NCBI GenBank assembly: GCA_963713605.1
Contig: CAVQMO010000003.1
Coordinates: 32,001-96,000 of the forward strand
Direction of reading: 5' to 3'
Length of the DNA stretch: 64,000 nucleotides
From: an uncultured Nitrososphaerales archaeon
GTDB taxonomy: Archaea > Thermoproteota > Nitrososphaeria > Nitrososphaerales > Nitrososphaeraceae
Positions 35,821-47,358 of the stretch are shown piece after piece. The notes under the pieces are model-generated. The model was not told the DNA's origin and searched no databases. It saw only the letters and a list, made by a program, of their open reading frames with translations. A program made the translations under genes and the position numbers. The first letter of the stretch is position 1. Each line of letters starts with the position of its first letter.

Positions 35821-36852
35821 TTGGAATTCAGAATTCAGTTATCGGTACTGGATACCTCGGATGATTTTGAGATTAGGGAGATTTCCAAAGGTAATGACCC
35901 ATTAGGTAGGAAGTCAGATCCTCCAAGGGCCAAGCCGCCATGCTTAGCATTTGATCCTCAAAACCCCGATCGCGTATACTGGGGTACTTTCGATAATGGT
36001 CTGTGGAAAACCGATGACCGTGGCCAGTCTTGGATTGATATTGGAAAAGATACTTTTTCCAGCCCCCAATTCATGTCCATTGTGGTTAGTTCTCTTAATA
36101 GTGGGGATAGGTTTAACAAGGTATATGCGGGAACCGAGCCAAGTGCACTCTATGTTTCAAATGATGGAGGGGATACTTGGGATAGAATGAAAGCATTAAA
36201 TGATTTACCTTCATCAAAAACTTGGAACTTCCCTCCTAGACCATGGACCCATCACGTTCGTTGGATCGAACCTGATGCGATCAATCCGGATTATCTTTTT
36301 GTCGCTATAGAAGCAGGAGCTCTGGTACAAAGTCGTGATGGAGGTAAAACTTGGATAGACAGAGTTAAAGAAGGCCCATATGACACACATACTTTGGCCA
36401 CTCATCCAAAAGCGCCCAAGCGCCTCTATTCGTCTGCAGGTGACGGGTACTTTGAAAGTTTTGATTATGGAGAATCATGGACTAGACCCATGGAAGGATT
36501 GAGACATAGTTACCTTGTTGGGCTAGCAGTTGATTCAGGCAATCCTGATGTTGTAATCGTCTCAGCTTCCGATGGCCCTTTTAAATCATTTTCTCCCAAC
36601 GATGCTGAAACATTTCTATACCGGAAAGATGGTGAGGATAGGAAAAAATGGAAGGTTGTTTCAAACGGCCTTCCTGAACCAAATGGAACCACTATGTCGA
36701 TCTTATCATCGAATCAAAAGGTTCAAGGAGAGTTTTATGCCGTCAACAACCATGGTATCTTTATTTCAACTGATTCGGGTGAATCATGGAGGAAACTTAC
36801 TACTGAATGGCCAAACGAATATACTCCTTTCGCGCTTGCTGTTAGCGACTAG
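35821..36852 (+). CDS. BNR-repeat beta-propeller protein
   Basis: Multiple SxDGGxTW boxes; AGTEPSALY, WNFPPRPWTHHVRWI. Confidence 0.85.
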   Translation: MEFRIQLSVLDTSDDFEIREISKGNDPLGRKSDPPRAKPPCLAFDPQNPDRVYWGTFDNGLWKTDDRGQSWIDIGKDTFSSPQFMSIVVSSLNSGDRFNKVYAGTEPSALYVSNDGGDTWDRMKALNDLPSSKTWNFPPRPWTHHVRWIEPDAINPDYLFVAIEAGALVQSRDGGKTWIDRVKEGPYDTHTLATHPKAPKRLYSSAGDGYFESFDYGESWTRPMEGLRHSYLVGLAVDSGNPDVVIVSASDGPFKSFSPNDAETFLYRKDGEDRKKWKVVSNGLPEPNGTTMSILSSNQKVQGEFYAVNNHGIFISTDSGESWRKLTTEWPNEYTPFALAVSD

Positions 36853-37446
36853 TAGTAAAATAGGTCTAGTATTCGGTTCATTAAAGGCCATTGAAAGGTG
36901 AATCGACTGTGTCGACTATGACTAATGTTACTTGATATAGAACAGTACATGGTGCTAAGATAGTAGCCTCTGTTGCTTCATCTCTGACAAGAATAGATCC
37001 TTTGATGTTTAGTAAATTTGTTACTTGTTACAATAACAGTCTTACACACGCCCATTGGTTTAAGATTAATATTAGAAGATACATGATACATCCCATCTGC
37101 GAATATCTGACCGGAAATCACAATATTGAATCATAAATCGTAGTGCCATATTGTATTTCTTTTGCTATATCTTTTCCCAACCAAATCGATCTCTATCATC
37201 CTTAGGTGTAGATTGTCTAGTGTAATTCAGAACTAAATCGTGGTTCCATATCTTTTCATAAAGAACTCTTCATCATTCTCCAAATCAATTTTTGCAAGCT
37301 CTGCTGGTGAATAGCCATAGAATTCAGTTTGTTCTAACCCCAAAGACTTTCTGATTCCGGCCTATGTACATTTCTCATACCTTCATTATCAGAATTTCAA
37401 ATGATATAATAGATAGATATTGATCCAATTACCTTAATAAGGTGCA

Positions 37447-37554
37447 TTGAACCAGCAGCTGTTAACGTGTGCCAGTTGTGGTAATAAACAATATGTTCAC
37501 CTACAGTTAGTCGAAGTCTGTGATAGGTGTGGCGCTAAGAACTGGACCACATAA
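37447..37554 (+). CDS. 35 aa zinc-ribbon microprotein
   Basis: MNQQLLTCASCGNKQYVHLQLVEVCDRCGAKNWTT; two CxxCG motifs; AAGGTG just upstream of the TTG start. Confidence 0.55.
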   Translation: MNQQLLTCASCGNKQYVHLQLVEVCDRCGAKNWTT

Positions 37555-37930
37555 AGGATATCAATAAGTGACTCTAAGCGTCGCGCTAAGCTTCAGTTAA
37601 CGTATATAATGAAGCAATCCCTTTTTATTTTTTAATCTTACTTATTTCCGATGTCGGGATTACCTTCTACTTGTAGAATATAGAAAATATGTTATACTTT
37701 TGAAAAGTTAATAACAATTAAGGGTCTGGCAATTCTATGAAAGTGAGAATATATTTTCATATAAATTGAAAATACACTCCCCCAGTTCTGGCCTTATTGT
37801 TCGTAAAGATGAAATTGAATTTTTACATTGGACAGCAACTCGAATCTATTCTGGGTCGTTTGGCCGATTTGAAATACGGTGAAAGAACACGAGCCATCGA
37901 GATTACAGAAGCAAACACACACTTAAGTAT

Positions 37931-38330
37931 TTAAGATTGTGAAGTTACCCGTACCTCTACAGTCTCCCTAATGATATTCATTTCGCCATTTACGGTCCAT
38001 CTGCCACCATTTAGGTGCGATAACTTAGGAGCAGATGTCCACACGGTTCCCTCAGCAGTAACTTTCGCAAATCCTCTTTTGTTTGGACTCAATTGAGTTC
38101 CCGTTCCAGTTCCTGCAATAGATTCACCGTTTTTAGTCATGTGTAAATACTTTATGGTTAGTGTTGCACTTCCATCTGATAGCATTGTAGATTCTACTGT
38201 GTCCCAGTGAACTCATGAATAGTATTTTCCAGTGACCTGTCCCTTGCCATTAGTCTCAAGCCTAACAATTTCATTGTTAATATCAACGATTCGCGTACTT
38301 GTTGCTTTGGCTTTTACGATGACATCATAT
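37931..38330 (-). pseudogene. Beta-rich hypothetical protein, frameshifted
   Basis: AKATSTRIVDIN...LETNGKGQV...DGSATLTIKYLHMTKNGE...TSAPKLSHLNG. Confidence 0.5.
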
Positions 38331-38936
38331 TTGGCAGATGACCGCAACTATAGCTGGGATTCCCCTTCCAGCAATCAACCTTAACTTGACAGGTTTGGAT
38401 GGTGGACTACGAAATGGCGTTCATTCCCTGTGACTCTGATGGAGCAGTATGGGGGCACCACCTGGACCTAATAATATGTCAGCAGATGCAGTACCAACTC
38501 ATGCTTCGCCCATTACCAATGGGAAATCATACACTTCATTTTAATGGCGCGAAGCATTGTTTTAATAAAATTATGTATTTGTTTGCTGAGGCGGTCTCCT
38601 ACTGGTACTGTATCTATTACTGTGAGACTAGCTGCATCTATCAGAGACAACGTGTGCATTTACATTTGCTACATAGACTCTATTATTTACAGGATCATAT
38701 GCTACATCAATTGGGTCTCCTCCTACATGTATAAGCTCTACAATTGGAGGCACTAAAACGCCAAGAACTTATACAACGGATAATAGAAAAACGGGAATAG
38801 TTTCATGTGAATGGGTAAGCCTCCTTACTACAGCAGAAGTACTTAGTCCATTTTTAACAATAGATTGCAAACAATAGATTGTAAAAGTTTGAACAAGTAT
38901 AGAATCTCCGATAACAATGGAAGGAAAAGTTTGTCG

Positions 38937-39296
38937 CTAGCATGTGTTTGAATGTGTGACTCTTTTATCGAATTTGAATCCAACTACAAATACCAGCAGT
39001 AAATAACTGGGGTTGCCCTTAGTTCTTGAAACCATCTTTATTGCTATTACACCTAAAATTCCCGATTTCTCCAGAGCAGACACGACACTGAACATACCGA
39101 AGAGAAATAGTATGATATCTAGGTTAATTGCTTTAAAAGCAGATTCTACACTTATCACCTGAAAGAGCACCATCAATAGTGCCCCAACTGTCATTGATGT
39201 CCATATGGGAATATTGCCAAACCTTCTTCTTTGTATAATTAGTACATAGACCAATACTAGAATTCCTAGGGACACGTATGCGCTTATTGCCAACAA
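38937..39296 (-). pseudogene. ArsB/SLC13-type permease N-terminal fragment
   Basis: IPIWTSMTVGALLMVLFQVIS..AFKAINLDIILFLFGMF; truncated. Confidence 0.7.
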
Positions 39297-39508
39297 TCTT
39301 TAGATGTCTATGATAAAAGGTCGAAATCGATAATAGATAACTGTTGCTAAAATAATTTACAACTATGTTATCTTGGTTATAATGGATTCCGCACAAACCA
39401 GCCGTAGAATATCACTAGCGATTTCATTCGTGAAAAAATGATATACGATAACTAGTAACACCTTGCTTACCAGCATTATTCAGATAGGCCCAGAGGTCAT
39501 TTAGACCA

Positions 39509-39935
39509 TCAAATAATGATTTGCTCCGGAAGGTTGGTAAGGACGTAATGTAGGGCTTCGCTGTCGAAAGGAGGAGTGGAGCATTCTATTTGGAATTGGC
39601 CCGGATCTTAATCTACTGTATCGCAGAAATAGTTATTATCTACACCAGTTGCCACTTCGACGCTGATGAATGCACTATTAAAACCGGATACGTCTGTGTC
39701 ACTTATAGTAAAGGCAGTAACAACCCCGTCAGGATCCCATTCTACTGCATGTCCGCCTGCACTATCAAAAACAACTACCTTCTTCATAAAACTCTCTGCA
39801 GATTTTGTAGAGGTAATAGTATTATCAGCGATATCGCTTGAACCTATCTGTATACGTTCGTCCGTGAAGGACCGTCTATCAGATTTCCGCTAGTATCTCT
39901 CGTCGTTATGGTGGCTGTGAAAAAAATGTTGTTCA
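39509..39935 (-). pseudogene. Orphan C-terminal cassette of the secreted protein family at 39949-40903
   Basis: TATITTRDTSGNLIDGPS..QIGSSDIADNTITSTKSAESFMKKV..WDPDG..FCDTVD*DPGQFQIECSTPP..LHYVLTNLP; no signal peptide or N-terminal domain. Confidence 0.7.
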
Positions 39936-39948
39936 GTCGGTCTCTAAT

Positions 39949-40903
39949 CTAAGGTGTGTGAGGGGGAAGAACGGTAACCACATAATGTAAAACGGAACCC
40001 TCTGGTGGTGCAGAGGAGCATACTATATCAAATCCCTCGACAGCATCGCTAGCTACATTGACTGGATCACAAAGATGGTTCGTGGAACCCAGTGGCAGAG
40101 ACTCTACTATGATACTGACCATGGTAGAGTCACCCCCAAAATGTCTGTCTTCTTCTATTCCAAAATTCGTTTGCACTCCATCAGGATTCCATCCCAGAGC
40201 GTTACCTGCTGCATTATCTTGCAACGTAACCCTCTTCATAAAATTCTCTGCAGGTTTTGTAGAGGTTATGCTGTTATCAGCTATGACATTGGCACCTATC
40301 TGTTTTATAGTATAAGCATTGGATTGAGTAGGTCCGTCAATGACGGTGTTGGCAGCGTTTCCTAGTCGTAACTGTAACTTTATAGTTAGAGCTCGGGTTC
40401 AGTGGATTGTTAATATTGGAGAATTCTAACCTAATTTTTGTACCTGCTGGTACATTTACAGCGTTTGTTACTGTGTATGTCAGCGTTTGTCCCGACTTAC
40501 TGACAGTACCAGGACCTATTCCTTCTGCCTCATTAAAGAAAGAACTACTTGGTATCGTAGTACCCGCTGGAAAGGTCACCTGTATAGTCTTGATAGCACC
40601 TGCAGTACCAGTCAGAAATACAACATCGTAGAAAGAATTAGTGTTGACAATGTTATTTGTTGGTCTAGCAGAAAGAGAAGAAAGTGCTTGAATAGTAAAG
40701 TCACTTCCATCTTGACCTATAGTCGATGGTCCTGAAGTACTACTATCAGTAGAGAAGGATGAGGCTGCTGCTGACGCAGGATTCACTAGTATAAAGATAG
40801 GTGATGATACGACCATAAGCGTAATAATCAATGTTAAACCAAGTCTTAATCCTGACCTAGTCAGCGGTTTGAACGGTGATCCTAGTGAAGATCCCCTTAT
40901 CAT
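39949..40903 (-). CDS. Secreted surface protein, paralogue A (frameshift near 40360)
   Basis: Signal/TM; SLSARPTNNIVN..YDVVFLT..VTFPAGT domain; IDGPTQS..IADNSITSTK hinge; C-terminal domain. Confidence 0.7.
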
Positions 40904-40924
40904 GTATTACAGGCTTGGTTAATC

Positions 40925-41126
40925 CGACTTATCTGCAGTTAGAGACTCTTCTCTTCCAAAGAAGTCTTAGATTTTGACTTGAAGATTCAATGTATCCATT
41001 GATATATACTATTGTGATTGCAATAACAACCTCAAAGCCTCAGATAAGACATCTCAATATTGCAGATCAACTATATTCATGACATCTGCTAATCCGCTAT
41101 ATCCTAAAGTTATCTAATGTGTCAGT
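40925..41126. repeat. Conserved non-coding block upstream of paralogue A
   Basis: 41019-41126 matches 55309-55416 at 103/108 nt; 40985-41013 is identical to 55263-55291 and contains the palindrome TCAATG-TATC-CATTGA. Confidence 0.9.
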
Positions 41127-42358
41127 TCTTTGGAGGCTCGTAGTTGCATAAGGATAGCCTGAATGAATCAAGGATATCATCATGTGATGTCTGTTGTTTG
41201 TCGAGCTTCCAATCATCTATCACAACTGCGGTCCGTAGAGACACGATTAGTTTCTGTAATGATGGATGGATCTTGATGAACCTCTTGGACATCAGTGTAT
41301 ATGTCCATTGTAGCATCTCTCTATGTCTCTTCTGAAAGTTAACGGGTATTATCTGCCAGCTGTTACTGCTTCGCAACGACCATATCTGTTCTTCCGTTAG
41401 CCTTCCGTAATAGTCATGGTACTCCCCTATCCTTGACTTGAGTTCTCTTATGACTTCTGGATTTGCGCCATCACAATATATTTTAGTACAGTGATGCCTC
41501 TGCTTCAGCTGCATGATATGATTGATGATCTCATTCATCAACGGTTTCTCGAAGCTCTCTGCATAGAATACTTCTACTCTGTTGTTTCTATATTGAGTAA
41601 TGACAATAGCAAACTTTGAAGTATCTCCCCAGGCGACATCAATACCCATACTCCTTCCTATCATCGTACTTGTGGACCAGTCCAACATTTCCTGTCCTTG
41701 CTGTTGGGTTACTATGGCTGCTTCTATATCTAGCACATGGAAGACATTGCCAACCTTTCCTAAGTACTTGAGGTTGTATTCTCGTTCAAAGCTAGGCGAT
41801 GCTTTGGCCTTCTGCTACAGTAGTAACAAACGGCAATCGATTTTCAACAGCAAAGAGGCTTTTCAGTCTGGCTATTAATCCGATGGCAAGTTCAATCCTA
41901 GGACCTGTTACGATGCACATCTGTGAACCTTTTAGACTATCATTCTTCATGCAGAGCCAAGCCATGTAACGCAACATAAATTCAGTAATGCCTAATCCAG
42001 TTGCTTTTTTGATCCAGACATGTTTATACTTCTGCAGTGTATCGAATAACAATTGTTCATAATCGAACATAGGCATAGGCTGTCCATTCTTCTGAGGTAG
42101 GCCGATGGCATGGTTGAAACAGCAAAGATTTGGGTTACTATCAAAAATCTTGTACGAAACTTTTGCGTTAGATGTAGATGAATTTTGAAATCTTATTTTT
42201 TTCGAATAAATTTTCGAAATTTCAACTTCTAAATTTGAATTAGGCCACTGACAGTAAAACGGTAGTCCCTGCAATAATTCGAATTGATTTGGTGCAGTAG
42301 TAAATCCGAATTGCTGTTCGTACCTGTCGAGTATTTTATCGAGACTATTTAATGTCAT
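41122..42358 (-). pseudogene. Terminase large subunit-like protein with internal deletion/frameshift (copy 2)
   Basis: KHVWIKKATGLGITE (Walker A variant), MCIVTGPR, then jump to KASPSFEREYNLKYLG and RNase H-like GIDVAWG...DGANP...HDDILDSFRL; no Walker B seen. Confidence 0.75.
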
Positions 42359-42810
42359 GTGTGACTAACTCATTGTTTTGAGGCACAAAACTCCTGCCTC
42401 GATATCTGTCAATAAAATCGACTGCCTTCTGAATTACGTTAGCATTGCTAAGAAGTTCTATCTTCATTTGATATGCCTGCATGCCAATTTGTAATGACTG
42501 CAACTTCTCGCGATTCTGTAATTGTTATCACACCATTGCTTGAGTTGGCAATATCCCAGGTCTTTGTTAGTATGGCGTCCAATCCCACAAGACATTTCTG
42601 ATATTCCAGTGGTAGAATTTCATTGATGTACTTGCCTATGTTTTCACGGGCCCGCTTCCGCAAATACTGCAAGTCCCTGTTTACTGTGGCTAGCCCTACA
42701 TGCAGAATAGATGCAATCTGTGGTTGGCTGCGGCCTTCGCTAGATAACTCTAATACTTTATTCCTGCGCCATTGCAGCCTTTCCGTTTCTGTGCTCAATC
42801 TTTCCACCAC
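42345..42810 (-). CDS. HTH protein, putative terminase small subunit (copy 1), frameshifted
   Basis: WRRNKVLELSSEGRSQPQIASILHVGLATVNRDL; 3' end overlaps the TerL-like start. Confidence 0.6.
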
Positions 42811-42863
42811 CTGATTTTCCTACATTGGTTCTAAGTCCAACTCGAAATGATACACACAAATAG

Positions 42864-43629
42864 TCAAAATCCCATATGTGTCTGATTCGCTGCGATATGC
42901 TGTAAGGCAGTGCCGTGTGCAGATACCGTCGCGGAGTATTCCCCTTCATCAAAGTTTAATGTTCCATTTGAAGTATTCACAAGTATCACATCAGTTACAC
43001 CTTTCGGTAGTTCTGCATGATATAAGCACGATCTTCCCATGCTTGATAAACTGATAGTGCTATTGCTGTCAAGAGTGCCACTAATAATGGCGTTCCCAAT
43101 ATTCAAGGTCTGTAAATTAGGAACACTACCTGTTACTATATTTATTTTAGGACTTTGCAGCAGCATTACATGGCACCTTCAGAGCGATATGACTATGCCC
43201 CTCCACACTTGTAGAAAATGGGGTGAAATCCATTAATAGTACATAATCGCCATCGTCTAACTTTCCACTTAGAGGAATATGTTCTGAAACAATAAGGTTA
43301 TCAAGGGTATGGGCTGCGTGTTGCTGGGCCATGGTATTATTCACCGTTGACTGCGATAGTCCATACACATCAATGCTGATAATATGACTGATAAATCCTA
43401 CTGACAATATCGCTGCTAAAAGTATCCCAATATTCAGTACAACACTGAAACTGTGGAATTGCATATCAGATATTGAAGGAGTGAAATATTTAAGGGGTAT
43501 TGGGATCAGTTGATCTTTATGCCATTTTGGATTTTGCCCAAGCTTCTTATGCAATGATGACCATATGTAAGTACAAGTGGCAGCTAAGTGGGGGGTCAAG
43601 AAGCCCGTCAAATCCGAAGAATGGAACAC
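42864..43629 (-). CDS. Secreted hypothetical protein, frameshifted near 43160
   Basis: TM; LSGKLDDGDYVLLMDFTP..HIALKVPC..LSSMGRSCLYH. Confidence 0.6.
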
Positions 43630-43943
43630 AACAGGTTGTTACTGACGCTGCAGATGGTTCCTACCATCTTCAAGTCTTTGTAAATGGAAGTTGGATACAC
43701 GACTATAGATGTAAAGAACAGACGAACAAGGACTGCAAAAAGAAATAAGAAAATAGGAAATTGTCGATGCATTCCTTTTGTGATAGTCCTCTTTCATCCT
43801 TGTCTCAAAATGGTAAATTCCTTATGGTTTCTGACAGGATCCGAAAGCCAACCTAAAAGTTCTTCTAAAACCTTATGTTCCATTGGTCCAGCACCATTAT
43901 TTCAATACACCCAGTTGTAAAGTGTTTTCATCTATCAGGGGCC

Positions 43944-45407
43944 TCATGTAATCCGGAAACATTGACTTTGAACGAATCCGCTTCGCTTCTGATATCCAAC
44001 TGGGCAGTATCCGCCTGGAAGTTGCGATGTTAAATCGTCGTTCGTTAATTTAAGTGCGTCAAGTTTACACATGTTACCGCCAGGAACAGGAGCAGTAGGA
44101 GTGGGAACCTTATGATAACTTGGTGGGCAGCTCCCATCTGGAAGCGGATCATGAATTTTAAGGCTACAACGGTCGTTGTTTACGCCGCTAGGAAAATATC
44201 CTGACAGACAGCTTCCATCTGGGGCTCGATAGTTAGGCTCCTCTTCAAAACATAACGAATGCTGCTTCTCTGTGATATGAACTCCACCATCATTAATTGC
44301 ACACTCGCCTGCAGGTAGATATCCTCCGGTTTGTGGGTCAGGGCAAAAACCATAAATATCATGTCCACCGCTACGGTCATTAGGGTCTGCTCCTGGACAT
44401 GCCGGTGCGTGAAAAGAGCCATCATAACACTTTTGCGTAGGTGGATCAAAAACACCATTACAGCTTCCATCTGGATCCACGGGCTTTTCCTTGATACCTC
44501 CACCTGGTGGTACTGGTGGTAGTCCCAATCCACCACCTCGCATATCAATTCCCGGACACCTACCATTATCATCTATTGGTAGGGGTGGACATGTCTCTTG
44601 AGTTAGACGGAGCAATGGATCGATTTGTTCTGTAGGAGTTGCTGGCAGAGTATCAGTTGGAGGCTGTTCTGGAGGTGTGTTGGTTGGAGGAGTTGCTGGT
44701 GGAGTTGCTGGTGGGTTATCTAAACGACAATTAACAAATCCAGTTCCAGGCTGACCCGCATTACCTGGGCTTCCACCTGCTTCATGAGATCCTGCTGGGC
44801 ACTCTCCGTTTACTGCAGGTACATATTGCGAGGGAGTTGTACCACCTGTACTACCACCATCAGTATTAGGAACGGTATCTTTCTCACATACTTGGCTTCC
44901 TGGAAACTTGTGAGATCCTTCTGGACAGGTGCCATCAGCATTGGGCATTACTAGCATATGACTATCTTGTGTTGGTGCAGTCGCAGGTGTGGGGCAATTA
45001 CCATTAGCATCAGGCGTTGAACCATCAGGACAGGTTGTTTGCTGATTTGATTCGGGAGGGGGCGTTAAGCCTTCAGTTTGTTCTTGTTGGGATATATCTG
45101 GAACACAGAGATTCGCATTCTCATCAAGATGCTCGCCTGCTGGACATTGGATGCCTTGGTCACCAGTACCCTCATCTGGAATAGGAGTGTCGCTATCACC
45201 TGAAGGGCCACCACCTTCGTCATCGTCCGCACCTTGGTCGTTACCGCCTGTATCTCCGCCATCACCGCCTGTATCTCCGCCATCACCTTCGTCACTTCCT
45301 CCATCTGAAGAGGCCAGTAAACCAGTGTCATTTATCGTGATGGAAGAAAAACCTAATGACTCAATAAGGGAAATACCAAAGCGAAGCTCAGAATTAAGGC
45401 TAGACAA
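43944..45407 (-). CDS. Cys/Pro/Gly-rich repetitive extracellular protein
   Basis: About ten (DG)xCPxG motifs, GGD and PPAT low-complexity linkers. Confidence 0.7.
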   Translation of the reverse strand: MSSLNSELRFGISLIESLGFSSITINDTGLLASSDGGSDEGDGGDTGGDGGDTGGNDQGADDDEGGGPSGDSDTPIPDEGTGDQGIQCPAGEHLDENANLCVPDISQQEQTEGLTPPPESNQQTTCPDGSTPDANGNCPTPATAPTQDSHMLVMPNADGTCPEGSHKFPGSQVCEKDTVPNTDGGSTGGTTPSQYVPAVNGECPAGSHEAGGSPGNAGQPGTGFVNCRLDNPPATPPATPPTNTPPEQPPTDTLPATPTEQIDPLLRLTQETCPPLPIDDNGRCPGIDMRGGGLGLPPVPPGGGIKEKPVDPDGSCNGVFDPPTQKCYDGSFHAPACPGADPNDRSGGHDIYGFCPDPQTGGYLPAGECAINDGGVHITEKQHSLCFEEEPNYRAPDGSCLSGYFPSGVNNDRCSLKIHDPLPDGSCPPSYHKVPTPTAPVPGGNMCKLDALKLTNDDLTSQLPGGYCPVGYQKRSGFVQSQCFRIT

Positions 45408-46049
45408 CCGTATTGCTTTGACATGGAATTAGCTATAACATGAGCCTATTAAAGTTATAGAACATTTTATGGAGATATATCATAACTTCTAACCTAAAAA
45501 TGGTATATATTACTTTAGTTATCGTTTTGTGGAAGTTTGAAATCCATACCGTAAACGTCTGCTGTCATTACCTCAACTTACAACGCGTCAATATTCTAAT
45601 GAAGACTAGAGAGACATCCTAACTGCTTTAGTGTGATGTAACGTTATCAGTAATTCTTCGGAGCCTAAAGCCCAATACCCAAGAGACCTAAAGGTAATAC
45701 TAAGAAGAAACGTTGAAGATATTGAGTCATAGCTCGATGCTGCATTCCCATTGTATCCCATCTCACCAGTGCTGATCCTTGGAGGGTGTCTATAGCAGTA
45801 TCAGATGCTACCAGTTTAAAGAACTTGGGGCATAATGTTACACTTATGCTCAACTCTCAACTGCCAAGAGAAAGTTAGGTACTGATTAATCAAAGGCTTG
45901 CAGTAGAGGCTTGTGAAATGCATTCTCGAATACCATCGCGCTAGCGATAGTTGGAATTAGAAATGCTTGTAACTACTGCCAAAGCTGAGGAGATAACCTA
46001 AGCCAGAGAAAAACGAAGTGACAAGACCGTTTCCACTCATTCGCTTCCG

Positions 46050-46700
46050 TCCTCGCTGCTGCCACCAATAGTTCCGTTAGTAGCCAAAGTTAGTAAAGGT
46101 CCAAATGTAACACCGTTATCAGGTACTCACTCTCATAACAGGTGTATCGTCCGTAGCATTCGTTTCCCACCATGTAACCACGACACTATCCGCCTCTGAA
46201 TCTATCTCCGCTCGCGTAGAATCTGCATCAGTTGTATTACTCAAGTTGATCTTATCTCCGAAAGATGTACCACCATCGGTAGATGCCCTGAATAATACCT
46301 CATCATTGCCTGTCTCGTTTGTCCACCATGCTACATACACGTTGTCACCTGTGATAGCAGGAGGTGCTTTTTTCTCAGCAATTATGGACTCCTCGAATCT
46401 TAACTCTGCTAACTGGGGTCTTTTCTCGAATTCAAGATGACCAATCCCTGCTCCAGCGTCTTCTACAAGTCTTTCCTGATCTTGTGATGGGAGTGAAGGT
46501 TGGCCATAGGCTGATTGTATAATCGGATTGCCTAACACCGACGACAACAAAAGGACTGCACTGCCTGCAATAGCTAATAACCAAGTTTTTCCAGCATAGC
46601 CCTGATTGCCTTTATTGGCTCTTCTCATCTGCTTGGATACAGAACAATGCATAAGAAATCTTCGGGTTAAAAAACAATGATATTTGCATGGTTCAATCAA
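46050..46700 (-). CDS. Secreted BNR/Asp-box (sialidase-like) protein
   Basis: Signal; FRASTDGGTSFGDKINLSN; probable frameshifted tail NGVTFGPLLTLATNGTIG. Confidence 0.7.
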
Positions 46701-46895
46701 TCTTACTAAAAAGTTTTCTAGTGCTTTCTAAAGTGCAACAGATTAGATAAGGTATTACGATCATGATGACGAGTTCTAGAGTTACTTTGATTTTGTACGA
46801 CTATCACGAATGTATCATTTCAGCATTCATCATTAGACTGAGCAATAGACCTTGCATACCCGTATCATCAGGCAACATTATCTTGTCATTAATGA

Positions 46896-47204
46896 TCAAA
46901 GATTCTTTGGTGGCTCATAGTTGCATAAAGAGAGTCTGAATGAATCTAGAATATCATCATGCGACGTCTGCTGCTTGTCTAGCCTCCAGTCGTCTATTAC
47001 AACTGCAGTCCGCAGAGATACTATCAACTTCTGCAGTGATGGATGTATCTTGATGAATCTTTTAGACATCAATGTATACGCCCATTGTAGCATCTCTCTG
47101 TGTCTTTTCTGGAAGTTGACTGGGATGATCTGCATGTCTCCGGTTCTCATCTGCCAGAGCTGCTCTTCTGTATAGTAGTTATAGTTCTCAAATTCGCCTA
47201 TACG
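46896..47204 (-). pseudogene. Terminase large subunit-like C-terminal fragment (copy 3)
   Basis: IIPVNFQKRHREMLQW...SHDDILDSFRLSLCNYEPPKN, nearly identical to copy 2. Confidence 0.75.
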
Positions 47205-47358
47205 GAATGGTTTTAAGTTTGCTGGTATCCCAGGCATCTATTGAATAGTAGTAGTAACACCCTAATGGAGAATTTGCATCTGCAATTTTTGAGGCTCCAT
47301 ACTATTCATAGCCCAAATGACGGATAATGGAGTACAAAAAAAGAGGGTGTGTAATTAC

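Noticed and set aside
41122..47204. Diversity-generating retroelement TR/VR pair
   Set aside because: No reverse transcriptase seen; differences between copies are mostly synonymous rather than adenine-specific
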